Source: Octopus sinensis
Taxonomy: Eukaryota
Length of the DNA stretch: 64,000 bases
Reading direction: 5' to 3'
Assembly: GCF_006345805.1 (NCBI RefSeq)
Contig: NC_043002.1
Span: 70,370,001 to 70,434,000 of the forward strand
Made by a program: the position numbers and the translations under genes. The notes beneath the pieces are model-generated. The model was not told where the DNA came from. It ran no database searches and worked only from the letters and a program-made list of their open reading frames with translations. Positions 1 to 13,870 of this stretch are shown in pieces (positions within the stretch are counted from its first letter, which is position 1; each line of letters begins with the position of its first letter).

Positions 1-12
1 CATAGGTACATA

Positions 13-73
<61 letters not shown>

Positions 74-1209
74 TATATATTCACGTATATAGATGCAGCA
101 ACTTTAGATTAGCTTAACTATGTTTGTGACATATTTTCACTTCTTAAAACAATCTCAATGTTGTTTAGCACTGGGTAAAAAAAGAAAAAGAAAAAGAAAA
201 ATCTCAGGCATATGATAGAAGGTAGAAATACATTTTTATCACCTCTGTGACATCCTCTCTTGGAAACAGAGATACATTTCTGGTTTGTTATAACCTCCTC
301 AGTAGGAGATACCAAAGAGAGATAACCCTGAGCTGAACAGAAAGCGGTGGTTTTATACTCGAACAATCAATAGTAATGACTGACATACGCTCACTGCTCG
401 CCTAGTCAGAACATTCGTATTAGCCTGAAGGCAGCTGAGTATGGTGCATTTTCATTCGACGAGAATAATTTTTTTGCGGTAAACTGTAGTGAAATTGCCC
501 TTAGAAGCGAAAATATATAACGTGTATATTTGAACCGAACAAAACTTTACTCATTTTGCACCTCTACAAATGTGAGCCAAATACTCTAACCATTAAATCA
601 CGGGCCTTTAACGTTAAATATATTATACCTTTTAATCAAACGATATAATTGTGTATCCCGCACATGTCTTTGTGATTCTTAATGTGATTCGCTGTGTCAA
701 CGTGATTACGTTAGGGGAACACATGTCTGAGGAATGCGCAGTTGATTACACGTTATTCAGTTATTTCAGTTCATTGAATAACATTACTTTTCGTCTAACG
801 ACAGCGATCCAAGTGCACAATACATACATAAACGCATAGATACACACAAAAATACATACGTACATGCACACACATACATATATGATGATAGTTTTGGATC
901 TCTGTCCTTTGACAAAGAGGCATCAATTATTCGATCAAATATTTACTTGGCTAAATAAACGACATACTTAATTGCTTTACGCTCTTCAAACTGTGCAAAC
1001 TTGGAAGCAATTTTACATATATGTAGAAGAATTGAAACTAATGAAGAGATAGAACTAATTTCTTGAAATATGGATGAGCAATCGAACAAAAATATAAAAG
1101 AAAGTGAGAGTACATAAAGATAACACAATATTGCTTTCACATTTTAGCACAATGCCAGCAAATTTGGAGGGGAGAATGCAAGTCGATTACATCGATCTCA
1201 ATACTAAAT

Positions 1210-1730
1210 ATGTAATTATCGATGCCGAATTAGAAGCAGCTAGGGGTATAGCAGCAAAATCGAACACATACACAAAGTGTGTCTGTTGCTGGTTCATAGG
1301 TTGATTGCGTTTTTGGCGCAAAAGAATATATTCCTCGATTCGCCTGATGGGAAGGGTCTCCCTTTGATGCTGACATGCATTGTCTGTGCAAGACCCTGTC
1401 TCAGTACAGCTGGACTCAAGAGTCATCTTCGTAGTCATAAAGCGAGACAGATGAGTGACATCCTGGCTACTGGTGGTGGTGTAACACAACATACTAATCA
1501 TATCTGTCGGGCATGTGGAAGAGAGTGTAATTCGACAGGAGGACTTAGACGACATGCAAAGGTACATGAAGCCCAGTTACAACTACAGCCGGCTATTACC
1601 GGTAAAGGTATTAGTTGCCAATTCTGTACAATTCTGGGCTAAAAAGTCACATTCGATCACAGCACCAGTAACAGTTAAGCTTCGTGCAATGGCCATACTC
1701 GATAACGAGGGGGCAGCCATAATATATGTA
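1210..1730 (+). mobile_element. 3' fragment of an RTE-like LINE ending in three C2H2 zinc fingers
   Basis: ORF 1277-1642 encodes CIVC..HLRSH and CRAC..HAKVH. A third finger, CQFC..GLKSHIRSQH*, is completed across a 1-nt frameshift at about 1640. A short 3'UTR (atggccatactcgataacgagggggcagccat) and a (TATG)n tail follow, resembling RTE-type 3' ends. There are no TGEKP linkers. Confidence 0.55.
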
Positions 1731-1879
1731 TGTATGTATTTATGTATGTATACAGACATGCAGGAAGTAAATAGACACGTTTAGTTTTCAAATTCTTTCA
1801 TTTAATATGCAAAGCGAACAATTGAAATGTAATCGATAGGCAGGACTACATACTTTAGTATTTAGTTGACATTCCCTTT

Positions 1880-3024
1880 GCAGGTTTTAATTTAGAAACT
1901 CTTTTTGGCATTGAACTAATGAGCTTTGTGATTGTCTCTTGTGGAATTTCTGCTCACTTTTCATGCAACAATCGAAACAATTCATCTTTAGATTTAGGTT
2001 TCTGTCGTGTTTTTCGTATAGCTCTATCTAGTATGCTCCAAATATTTTCAATTCTGTTCATATTAGGAGATTGGTTCAGCCAAGGAAGCTTTTTGATCCC
2101 ATTTCCAGTCAGTCATTGTCGAGTCCTTTTCGTTGTGCGGCATTGAGTCCCATCTTACATGAATAAAAACTCATTTTTCGTTATGTTATCATGTGAATAC
2201 ATCGGAAGTAGTCATTGCTTAAGTATTTCGATGTATTTTTCAGAATTTATAGTTCCAACACATTCGATCAGCTCAGAACGGCCATTGCTGGTGACAGCTC
2301 CCCATACCATTACAGAGATACCGCCATGTTTCGCAGTTGGTTGGAGTCGTTTCAAATCAAATTCTTGATTGGGAAACCTCCAGACCCAAGCACGTCCACT
2401 GTCTGAAAATAATGCAAATCCGGATTCATCTAAAAAAAATCCCTGTCTCCCAAAATAAACTGGATTTTTCTGACATCACCTTAGCCCATTTCTTTCTTTT
2501 CATGATATTAATTGGTTGAAGGAGAGGTTTCCTTCTAGCTACTCGTCCATAATACCGAAGCTTATGCAGATATGTAACACACGTTCTTGGACTAACTTCT
2601 AGCTGTTTTGCAATGTCTGAAGCCTTCGAACGAGGTTCGTTTCCCCCAATTCTCTTCAAACCACGAAGTTTCTTTCCGAGGCCCCAGGTCGGCCGGGACG
2701 AGAATCTGTTGATTCTTTTCCCTGGCGTTTGAATTGCACTAAAATTCTATCACCAGTAGTAAGAGGAATTTGAAGATTTTCGGCAATTTTTCGCTGACTA
2801 AGACCAGCCTCAGATTGCCCAACAATACGACATCTTGAAAATCTGACAGCTGTGCTGAGGTTTTGTGCGTGGCATGGTTACTCTTCACAAATGTTTAATA
2901 TAATGGCACCGGGAATGAAAAAGAATAATTGCATTGTAAATTCTACACTGCTGAAAACATATTAAGATGCTTAGATCAGAAATTTTGAAAATTAAAGGTG
3001 TCCATTTACTTCTTGGATGTCTGA

Positions 3025-3025
<1 letters not shown>
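1880..3025 (-). mobile_element. Degenerate Tc1-family transposon (DD34E transposase remnant)
   Basis: Minus-strand motifs ARRKPLL (ORF 2426-2659), [12 protein letters not shown] (about 2290-2330), WLNQSPNMNRIENIW (about 2040-2090, WPxQSPDLNPIEN-like) and EIPQETITKL. One TIR-like end abuts TA at about 3025; the other end was not found. Confidence 0.85.
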
Positions 3026-3075
<50 letters not shown>

Positions 3076-3220
3076 ATATATACATATTTTGTTCAAAGTC
3101 TCCCTTGACCTCAAGTAGACTGAACTCTTTACATGAACACCACCCTGTACATAACTCCATGTCCCCCTACATGGCCTTGCTTTTTGCTTTTGAGCCCCAA
3201 AATTAACTAACTAACTAACT

Positions 3221-3261
<41 letters not shown>

Positions 3262-3410
3262 ATAATATATATATATATATATAATAAAATATTAGGGAAT
3301 AAATTGATATATATTTAAAATAATATTAATTAATTAATCTTATGTATTGGCTTAAGTTTTTCATTGTATGATTTGCCTAATAGTGGTTTTATCTCTAATT
3401 TAATATAATA

Positions 3411-3464
<54 letters not shown>

Positions 3465-3493
3465 TATATATATATGTGTGTATATATATATGT

Positions 3494-3555
<62 letters not shown>

Positions 3556-3599
3556 TGTGAATATATTCACTTAAGAAAGGTATTTTTTCATTGATATTT

Positions 3600-4330
3600 A
3601 GATTGCCTTCCTTTTTTTAGACTTTGAGAATATTTATGATTTTTTAAAAGAAATTCAAATCATATTTATAATTGAAAAACACTTTCCTACACATAAACTT
3701 TTTTCAGATTGTATTTAAAATCATAACTTTACTTGCTTAAAAATAACTCTTTCAAAAACAACATCTGGAATTTTAATAAAAAAATTTGACCACATCCAAA
3801 CAACCATCCCCACCTTCCATTAATGAATACAAAATAATTAAAAAACAGGACCTTGAAACGTAATAATAATTCTTACTGGGGAAAATCAAAAACAACATCT
3901 GGTTTTCCAATTAAAAACTTTGACTACTTGAATATAAAAATTCCTTTTCTTCCACACCCAAACGGTCACTAAGTGGACAGAACAACATTTTGAATCCTGA
4001 TCAAACTAGTCTGACCACACTGATACAAAAGTCACGACTCATTTAACTCCTCTCAAACTTTTCTCTTCTTTCTTTTCCCTTCTTTCACAAACCCCCAAAC
4101 ACACTCCTTCTACTTTTTTCTCTCTTCTATGTCTTCATTATCTCCCACTCTCTCCTCCTCTCTCACCCCTGCAACCTTTCTTTCTAATTTGTTCCCCTCT
4201 CTCTTTTACTCTCTCTCTCTATCCCTTTCTGAAACATCGTCAGTTTCAATTTCGTATAAAAAGGCGAAGCAAATTGATAGTGAACCACTTTTTTGATAAA
4301 TCCGATAACGGAAGTAAGTGGTAAAGAATA
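3600..4330 (+). mobile_element. Degenerate Penelope-like element 3' fragment
   Basis: Decayed GIY-YIG C-terminus-like reading (R..EQHF..L.KP.LN-like, about 3960-4020), pyrimidine-rich 3'UTR, hammerhead 3'-half remnant gaaacatcgtcagt (about 4230), flanked by (TA)n. Confidence 0.45.
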
Positions 4331-4350
4331 TATATATATATATATATATA

Positions 4351-4408
<58 letters not shown>

Positions 4409-5838
4409 ATTCTGTCTACCTTGTTATTCTGCCGGAAATTTTACCGGTGAGTGTGTTAAATAATAAGGTACTAAAATAGAATGACTCTCCCAGACACAAC
4501 AGTGTATATATATATATATAATAGTATTTTATAAGCTTAAAGTTTATAGCAATTACCACGCAATGACTAAGGAAAATAGTACAATAATTGGGCATAATAT
4601 AAGCTCCCGACAGGAAAAAGTAGAGAAAGCATATATATATATATGTATATACGCATACATTCGTACATATATATTTGAATACATAGTATAGAGACAAGCA
4701 CACATAGAAATATATTGACCTCGGTTTAATTACAAACGCACGCACGTGCACATTTATATGTATAGAACACAATACTAAAAACAATTACACAACAAATAGA
4801 AAGATTGAAACGCATTACAGATAAATTAATAACAATCTAATAACACAGGAAGTATTTTCTTTCACCCGAAGTAATATCTAAATGTGCGGTTCTGCGATTA
4901 AAGGCGTTCTCACCATGTCATTACACCATTTATTTAAACACAGTGTGACTAGGTTACATTATCCAATATATCTTTTTTCTAAGGAGTTGTACAGTGATTT
5001 AGGGGGATTTGGCTACTATTTGTAGCTGGTAAAGTAAATAGGAAGTCTCCAACATTGAATGTTAATTTAGCCAGGTGGTAGTTTGAACCAATTCCGTGTG
5101 TTGCTATTCTAAACATAAAATGCATCAATGGCTAATATTTGGCTGCTATTTAGAGCTAGTCAGTCTTACAGTGAATAGTCTCCCTTAGTGGTAGTTTGTT
5201 CAGATAGGTGACAGATGTCACCAGCTCCGTTTTCTCACTTTTGTAAAGCGAACAGCGTAAATATATCTAACATTCGTTTGAGGTCATCTTCTTTATCATT
5301 TTGAATATACGATATGACCTCGAGAAAACAAAGAAATCAGAAAAATAAAAAAAGGAAAAAGTAAAAAAAAAACAGAATGAAAGCCAAGGAAGACACCGAA
5401 ACAAACCCAAGAAAAATCATCAAGGTAAACACACACACACACACACACACACACGCGCGCGCACACACACACACATAAGTATAGGCTGAAGAAATTAGGC
5501 AAAGGAGCGACCCAATATTAATAGGCAGGCTTCAAATTGTGAGCTATTTTTATGTGAAAACAGAAGAGCAATATATGAACGTAAAGTTAGCGTGGCTTGA
5601 GGAATAATTCTAAAAGGGGAAGGAAAGAAGTAATTGCCCATAACCCATATTTCTATCACCTTCCTCTTCCCACAATATTGTATCTATCGCATTCTTTCTC
5701 TCCCCTTAATTTTGGTTCGACAATAATAGAACACAATTGGCAGGTTATTAGATATAGTTATCGTAATTAAATGTTCTATTCAGGGAGAATTTTGCACATT
5801 GGCTAGTAGCAATACAGAACAAGAATCTGCCTGCCTGT

Positions 5839-5930
<92 letters not shown>
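5839..5930. repeat. (TATC)n microsatellite
   Basis: Direct reading of the tandem repeat. Confidence 0.95.
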
Positions 5931-5931
<1 letters not shown>

Positions 5932-6081
5932 GTCACTTACATTTCTCTTTATATAAGCGTATAATATTCAAACACGCATACAGGTATGTATGTGTGTGTA
6001 CGTAAATACATATATTCACGTGTATATATATAATGTGTACATATAGATATAAAATATGTATATATATATATATATATATAA

Positions 6082-6195
<114 letters not shown>

Positions 6196-6372
6196 TATAT
6201 CTATATATATTGTTTTTTCCCCATACTTTTGTGAGTTAGTTTAGGCAAACACTATCTGAGAGAGATCTTCTTTAAGTATTAGAAATAGCTGAAGAAATTT
6301 CTTTAGCTGCTATTTCTAATGAGTTCAGTATGTGGCAAAGTAATTTATTTTACTAAGCCCTTATATATAATG

Positions 6373-6444
<72 letters not shown>

Positions 6445-6598
6445 TATTTGTAGTGTAAACAAGTGTATATTTCCACACGTAATGTATACATGCACAGATA
6501 TCCATATACAAATATTCTTATAAGTATCTTTCTTTCTCTCTCTCTGTCCCCCTTCTCTCATTCCTTTTTCTTTCTCTGTCTCTCTCTGTATATAATAT

Positions 6599-6674
<76 letters not shown>

Positions 6675-6790
6675 AACACATACATATATGTGTGTGTGTT
6701 TGTGTGCGCGTGTGTGTATGGCGAGTGTGTGTAAATGTGAGTAGAAATAGATAGATAAAGAGAGAGAAAAAGATAGATAGATTGATAGAT

Positions 6791-6881
<91 letters not shown>

Positions 6882-7224
6882 ACGGACTGACACATCACAC
6901 ATCTTTGCATATTCATTCATACAAGATAAGTTAAATATTTTATAATATCTTATGTGCGCTTATTATGCATATTTATGCTCAATATAAAAATCGACATTTA
7001 TTGAAAATTCATTAATCAAAAAAAATTCTATCAATCCTTCACACATATCACGAAGCTCATTTGTCGTGATTTTCTGTAGGAATAAAATGCAGAATAGATG
7101 ATGCTGCATTTCTAGTGTGCAGCGATGCAACTTCTAGAATCAGTGCTGTGCTATCCTGAATTCATTACAGAAAAATATTTCAAAAATAGATATTTTGTAT
7201 TGTATAACTAAAATATACTCTCTC

Positions 7225-7374
7225 TTTTATTTGTTTCAGTCATTTGACTGCAGCCATGCTGGAGCACCACCTTTAGTCGAACAAATCGACCCCAGTACTT
7301 ATTTTATCGGTACCTTTTGCCGAACCGTTAAGTTACGGGGACGTCAACTCACCAGCATATATGCATACATACAT

Positions 7375-7460
<86 letters not shown>

Positions 7461-7625
7461 CGACGTGCTTCTTTCAGTTTCCGTCTACCAAATCCACTCG
7501 CAAGGCTTTGGTCAGTCCGAGGCTACAGTAGAAGACACCTGCTCAAGGTGCCACTCAGTGAGACTTAACCCGGAACTATGTGGCTGGTAAGCAAGCTACT
7601 TACCACACAGCCTCTCCTGCGCCTA
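7225..7625 (-). mobile_element. tRNA-derived SINE family B (CORE-like box, internal microsatellite, CR1-like tail)
   Basis: Head ggcgcaggagaggctgtgtggtaagtagcttgc with B-box-like gttccgggttaagtc, CORE-like ccttgagcaggtgtctt, and tail ggtggtgctccagcatggctgcagtcaaatgactgaaac. Many related copies in the window. Confidence 0.85.
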
Positions 7626-8201
7626 TATATTATTAATTTTTATCCATTATTCAGGCAGGAAGGTTAGAGATGCTTTCAGCTTCCTTGGAACTTTATAGAG
7701 AGACCGGGCCTTGTGGGAAGAAGGATGGAAGGCATCCTTAGGTCCGATTCATTGCAAGAGAGTAAGCTCCACCAAGGATAGAGAGTTAATCCAGGTGACG
7801 GCTTTATATCTACAAGCTGGTTCAGGATCTGGCGAGATCTGAACACAGGATGCAAAACATTATATAAGCTGCTGTACTCCTACCTGTTGCCGTATGTTCT
7901 CCTTTCTAAGGCTGGGTATACCAACCATTTGTAGTACTAGAAAAGACCAACTTATACAATGTTCTCCCTACCAGACCCGATGATTTAAAATGTGTGATAC
8001 GCGGGAAAGTTTTCAGTTTGATTTCAAGATTGAAAAGTCTTATGTCAGTACACAAAGATCGTATCTTATAAAGGATATATATATGTAAAAATTTATTTTC
8101 TTTTCTTTCCTTCTTTATTTCTTTCTTTCTCTTTCTCTCTCTCCCTCCCTCCCTACATTTATATATATATATATATACATACACACACTCACTCACACAC
8201 G

Positions 8202-8233
<32 letters not shown>

Positions 8234-8269
8234 CACACACATATATGAGGACTCACTACACACATTATT

Positions 8270-8760
8270 TGTAGTGTTTACTTTAACAGCGAGAGTCCCT
8301 GCGGAGAGGTCATCCATTCTATTTGTCCAGATGATACATTATATCAATTCGACCGATAAAACTAACGCACTCTTAGTTGGGTTTCTTTATTATATGAAAC
8401 TGATATGGAGTCCAGGTGATATATCTTTGGTACTCAAATACCTGGTATCACTTGCAGCTGACATTGGATTTATATAACTGCTTCCCAGCATTCTTTGAAT
8501 GCATCACCTGACAACTACTCTCTATTTCTCATTATTGATACAATAGTGCACTCTGTAAAATTATACCCGAAGCTTTACACGCAGCAAATTCCAATGACAT
8601 AACCAAGTACTGTTCTCTCATCCTCTCCATCGCCCTCAACATCCGTTCATTCAGTTCTGGAAACTCTAACAATTTCGTACATGTATTGAATCATCCAATT
8701 ATTACTCATTTCGTCCCTACATCAACGGCCTTCCCACGTTAATAGAAATGACTTGTCCCT
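8270..8760 (+). mobile_element. Highly degenerate LINE AP-endonuclease fragment
   Basis: ORF 8274-8477 has LLVGFLYYMKLIW and KYLVSLAADIGFI, resembling decayed IxGDFNxPxIxW and FLxxxxDxGLxQ motifs. Confidence 0.3.
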
Positions 8761-9789
8761 GGACATGAATAAAAAAATCATCAAAGACCTAATGCAATTG
8801 TTTGACATTTCAGTTCTACTTCTCTACTTTCCGTTTCCGATAAATAAAGCGAACAATTATTTGACATTTAGATTGAGGCAGTTAATGCTTGAATCTCCAA
8901 GATATAATTTATATTCACATGTATGCTCAAAATACACAGGCCGTCTCCTATAAAGATAGAGCGTGTATAGATATAGTAGCTCTACGCTATAAACAAATTA
9001 TATATCTTCACTACCTGATATTTCATCATTTGAATTCTCCTAGATCTTGAATACACAAATTATGAATGCTAGATAAATCGCTTTCCTGCTTTGCATCTTT
9101 ACAATGAACTAATTGAACGTTTTATGTAGATGGGTTTATATTTCCACATAAAAGAATCACAATGGAAGCGTGCAAATTTATCTATCATCCTAAAGTTATT
9201 AGAGCCATTCTGCGTCCCTTATGTTACTTCAAAGTCTTACATTATTGATCTAAACCCCACTGGAACTGACTATGTCAACCGTATTTTAGGGGTTAATATG
9301 TGTTGTTAATACCATTGAGTCAAATAAATTAACTTTCGTTGACTTAGAAAACGCGAAGTTGTTTTCCATGTTGCACCGAGCGAGTCCGAAGACGATACAC
9401 ATATATTACAAATGTATTGTTATTGTACAAAAATCGAACAATTTCTCTTTCTTCAAAACAAATTAAATTTTCAACTTGAAAATAAAATTTAAAAGAGGAC
9501 AACGATTTTATAGATCGATACAAATTGAATAAAAATGAGATAAAAGACTTTCGAGGATTTATCGTATGCTTTCAACTTCTGCCATGTCAGCTTCTGATTC
9601 AGACTCGAACTGAAATTGAAGTACATTTTCGAGACATTTGAGTATGGTGAACAAAATTCATGGCTCCTGTGTAGTTATAGAGTTTGTATTCTATTCCTGG
9701 ATAAGTTTTAATAAATTATCTAGATACATTTTAATGAATTACTACCTTACAAGAGATATTTTTGATTGAAAATATTTGTTTTCAATATA

Positions 9790-9970
9790 GGCAAAAAAGG
9801 AACGGGAAGACGATTACATCGACCACCACACCGCGCTCAACTGGTACTTATTTTATAGTGACCGAAAGAATGAAAGGCAAATCTGACTGGTAGGATTTGA
9901 ATTCATGCCTTAAATAGCCGCAAAAAATACCGATAAGCATTTTGTACGGTGTGTTAACGATGGTGCCATC
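9790..9970 (-). mobile_element. Degenerate tRNA-derived SINE family A
   Basis: Reverse complement of tttgcctttcattctttcggtcactataaaataagtaccagttga, matching the family A body. Confidence 0.7.
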
Positions 9971-10528
9971 ACAATCCGGTCTTCGGGTTAAAAAGAAAAT
10001 AGAAGACGAGAAGAAACAACGTCTTCATACAATTAAATTGTGGCATAGATAAGAAATCTACACTATTCGGAAAGTGAGGTTGATGAACTAATAATTACAT
10101 TGACTAAATTGGACTGAGTACTTACAGCTTACATTTAAAGATCTTCAGTATTAGAGGTGTAGATATTGTTTCTGTTTAAACCAACGCTCGACACTTCTCA
10201 AGCATACTTACAATCAAAAATGTGCAAGTCAAAAACATGATATCGTTTTTTTGGCAATATGAGAATAATTTTTTCAAATATGTCCTTCACTTAGAAATTG
10301 TGGCAGATTGTGATTTCAGAGAAACTTGACTGCTATATTTAGCAACATGAGTGAGCTCATACTTCATTGGCTCTTTTTAATTGTAGTCTATGCTGAATCG
10401 TAGGAAGTGACCATATAAACATAATTCGAACGTTGTACACGATTTATCTCGTGGAAGATTACAGTAGAAAATAAATTTCTTAAATGCAGTCTGAAAATAT
10501 ATATATGTATTATATATACACACATATA

Positions 10529-10622
<94 letters not shown>

Positions 10623-10746
10623 ATATGTGTAAGCGTGTATGTGTGTGTGTGAATGAGTGTATGCATATATGTCTGTCTCTATGTCTCTCTCTCTTTCTCT
10701 CTCTCCCTCTCTCTCTATATATATATATATCTCTCTCTCTCTCTCT

Positions 10747-10845
<99 letters not shown>

Positions 10846-11604
10846 CATATATATACATATATGCACTTACATGTATGTACACATGAAAGAGGCTGAGGAT
10901 CGGGCTTCAGTCCAAGTCGTATTAGCGACCAATTCAACAAGATATCATATTTGTTTACATTCTACGTATTTAAGGTCGGGAACAATATTGTTGTGAATTG
11001 CAATTTGCGATTTCTTACTTGTTCAATTACAAAATTGTGTGAATAGATAATTAGAAGTTTTATTACCAACTTATAAGATTTACCTTCTACAAGTCTTTAT
11101 GCGTAACTGTTTTAGTTGTAAGAACAGCAGACGTCCATGTTAGTTGTATGTCATACTACTGACTGAAAGAATCGTCGACCGTATCACATCTTTAGTGAAA
11201 AATTGTTTCCTTGCTTTAGACCCTTATATCTCAAAATTCCCAGTCTATTTAGCTATAAATTGTTATAACGTATAACTAGAATTCAGGTTTATGAAGAACG
11301 GCAGTAAAAGAACAACAGTCAGCCGCGAACAAGTATGATTTGATAGCATGAACCATGCTATCGTTAACTGTTCGATGCCTATATGAACGCGTGCAGACAT
11401 ATACAGCTAGCCTTTGACCAAGGGGAACATCAAAGATGTCACGAGTGGAGGTAGACAGGGCTGCGCTAGCACTTGACTAATAGACATTTTCATTAGAGTA
11501 GACGGGAGCAACATTGACTGAAGTGTCTCTTCGTGTCATGCACAAGACTGCAACGCATTAGCAGGTCCAGGAATCGACCCCATGACACATTACTATTATG
11601 AACC

Positions 11605-11670
<66 letters not shown>

Positions 11671-11815
11671 TAATATTAATAATAGTATTAATAATAGTAA
11701 TGATAGTATTAATAATAATAATGATAGTATTAATAATAATAATAATAGTAGTTGTATTAATAATAATAGTATTAATAATAATAATAATAATAATGATAAT
11801 AATAATAATATAATA

Positions 11816-11853
<38 letters not shown>

Positions 11854-11862
11854 TAATAATTA
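11605..11862. repeat. (AAT)n microsatellite
   Basis: Direct reading; it explains the poly-N and poly-I ORFs. Confidence 0.95.
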
Positions 11863-11889
11863 CAATTATAGATTCAACTTTTAACAAAA

Positions 11890-12085
11890 GGTGAGTAATT
11901 TTTTAGTGTTGGGTATAGTCAATTTGATTGACCCTAGTACTTGACTGGTACTTTATTTTATCGGCCTCGTATGCATGAAATGTAAGGTTGACTTCGGCGG
12001 GATTTGAACTCAGAACGTTGAATCAGAAGAAATGCTGCGAAGCATTTTGCCCGACATACTAAAGATTCAATGACCTCGCTACCTT
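11890..12085 (-). mobile_element. SINE family A copy
   Basis: cttcggcgggatttgaactcagaacg..aaatgctgcgaagcattttgcccgaca is the reverse complement of the family A head and body. Confidence 0.75.
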
Positions 12086-13279
12086 ATTACTAATAATGAT
12101 AATGATGCATAAACACCCTTAGTATGCAGGGTTGAGTCAGAATATTTTCATGTTTATTTGCAACGGATAAATATGGAATATGCGCCGTGAACTTGTCCGA
12201 CACAATGACTTCTTCAATTGGTGTTCTTACGATCCAAGAGTAAATTTCACACGCCAATAAAGTTTGTTATTAGCCTTCATATAGTTTCTTGCATATATTC
12301 TGTTAATGAGAGAAGGCAGGTCAACGCTCATCGTATTTTTAGCTAAAGGGAGGCAACGTTCATCACGCTTTACATGGTGTCCTTGATTAGTATAGAGAAA
12401 AGAGGAATCACTCCTCATGTCGAAGATGTGGTCGGAATGCTTGCAACATAGGGGACAACAGTAAGGTCATCTGAAGGTCAGCTGGTTGGTGTTTAAACAT
12501 GCTTAATTTATTTCAGCATGAACAATCCAAAGCGTACACTGTTTAATGATAACGCTACAAGAGCAGTAACGACTCGGTACAATATGAAATATATCTCTGT
12601 ATTGTTACGTCTTCCACAGATGTCAGGTACCACTGACACTTCAATACTGAATTAAATGCAAGAGCCGAGCACAAGACGCTTTCATGTTATCAATATAATT
12701 TCGCTACTTTTGAATAGAAGCCTTGATAACAATTTATGTAACAACGAGAGTCGCATTTAATCAATAATATATAATAAATAGTGACATTTACTAACCGTAT
12801 TAGTCAGTGATAGCTTGATAGTGAAACAAGCATTGATATAATACCAAATTACATATAATTACTTTACAAATCAGAATGTTCAAGTTTTCGGTAGTTAATT
12901 ATCGTCTTGTCAATTACCGTTCCGTTAATTATACACCGACGGCGGCCACAATGATAAGATCCAGTCCTCACTTGAAATGGAGTTGGGTTTGGCGAATCTT
13001 GTAATCTAATCATTCACAGAAGCAATTTTTGAAGATTCTATCCTCACATAGCTGTAAAGTAGTTTGTAGAAGTCCACGCATTACGCAAACTGAGCTCAGC
13101 TTTAAGAATTGAGAAAACGTTGTAAGATAGCATAGTGATTTTATCACAGAGTATACACAAAATGATTTGTATCTTTCTATTCTCTGTGGCAGTTAAGATT
13201 GTGACGTCATCATTTTCGAAACTTTATGGCAGCTGAATCAAGAATACATGGCTAACTAAGGAAAGGCTCACTAGAATCT

Positions 13280-13415
13280 TTTGTCTTTCATCCTTTCGGG
13301 GTCGATAAATTAGGTACCAGTTACGCACTGGGGTCGATGTAATCGACTTAATATCTTTGTCTGTCCTTGTTTGTCCCCTCTATGTTTAGTCCCTTGTGGG
13401 CAATAAAGAAATAAT
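13280..13415 (+). mobile_element. SINE family A, 3' part
   Basis: ctttcatcctttcggggtcgataaattaggtaccagttacgcactggggtcgatgtaatcgac followed by the cccttgtgggcaataaagaaataa tail. Confidence 0.8.
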
Positions 13416-13852
13416 AAATAGCAGGCAAATGTCATTAGATCACAGTGTACAATTTTGAAGAGCACACAACATAATTTGATTCTGTCGGACCCTAAAAAGA
13501 ATGCTAGATTGCTTTTGAACATAGGTTGCTCAATAAGGGTTCATCTGAGGCTAAACTACAAAGCAATAAATCAAAAGAGTACTTGAAAGCTATTTTTGTT
13601 TTTGTCATCAAATTTCATAATCTTCTATGGATGATTTGTATTAATCTAATAAAAGCTTGTCCTAATTTCCCAGCTCATTCATAGTGACTCCTCATTTGCA
13701 ATGGGGCAATTTTAATAAAACTGCTTGATTCAAACCAGAATAGATAAAAGCACAATAATTCTGTCAGTGTTGAAGCTCATACGAACGTTCAGCTAAGCAC
13801 TGAGCTATACCGAAACACTGATTACCTAGCGTGGAATGCTCATTTTACTTAC

Positions 13853-13870
13853 GATGGTGACCAGTACACG
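13853..13870 (-). CDS. Candidate 18-nt microexon
   Basis: Minus strand reads tgtactaattttttatag|CGTGTACTGGTCACCATC|gtaagt: branch point, AG and a perfect donor. Length is a multiple of 3 and all three frames are open. Confidence 0.3.

Noticed and set aside
9270-9670. Possible piggyBac end (ttaa|cccc) and acidic N-terminal reading on the minus strand
   Set aside because: No second TIR or catalytic motif; too decayed to support.
13200-13212. TGACGTCA (CRE) palindromes here and at about 45773
   Set aside because: An 8-mer without promoter context; expected by chance.
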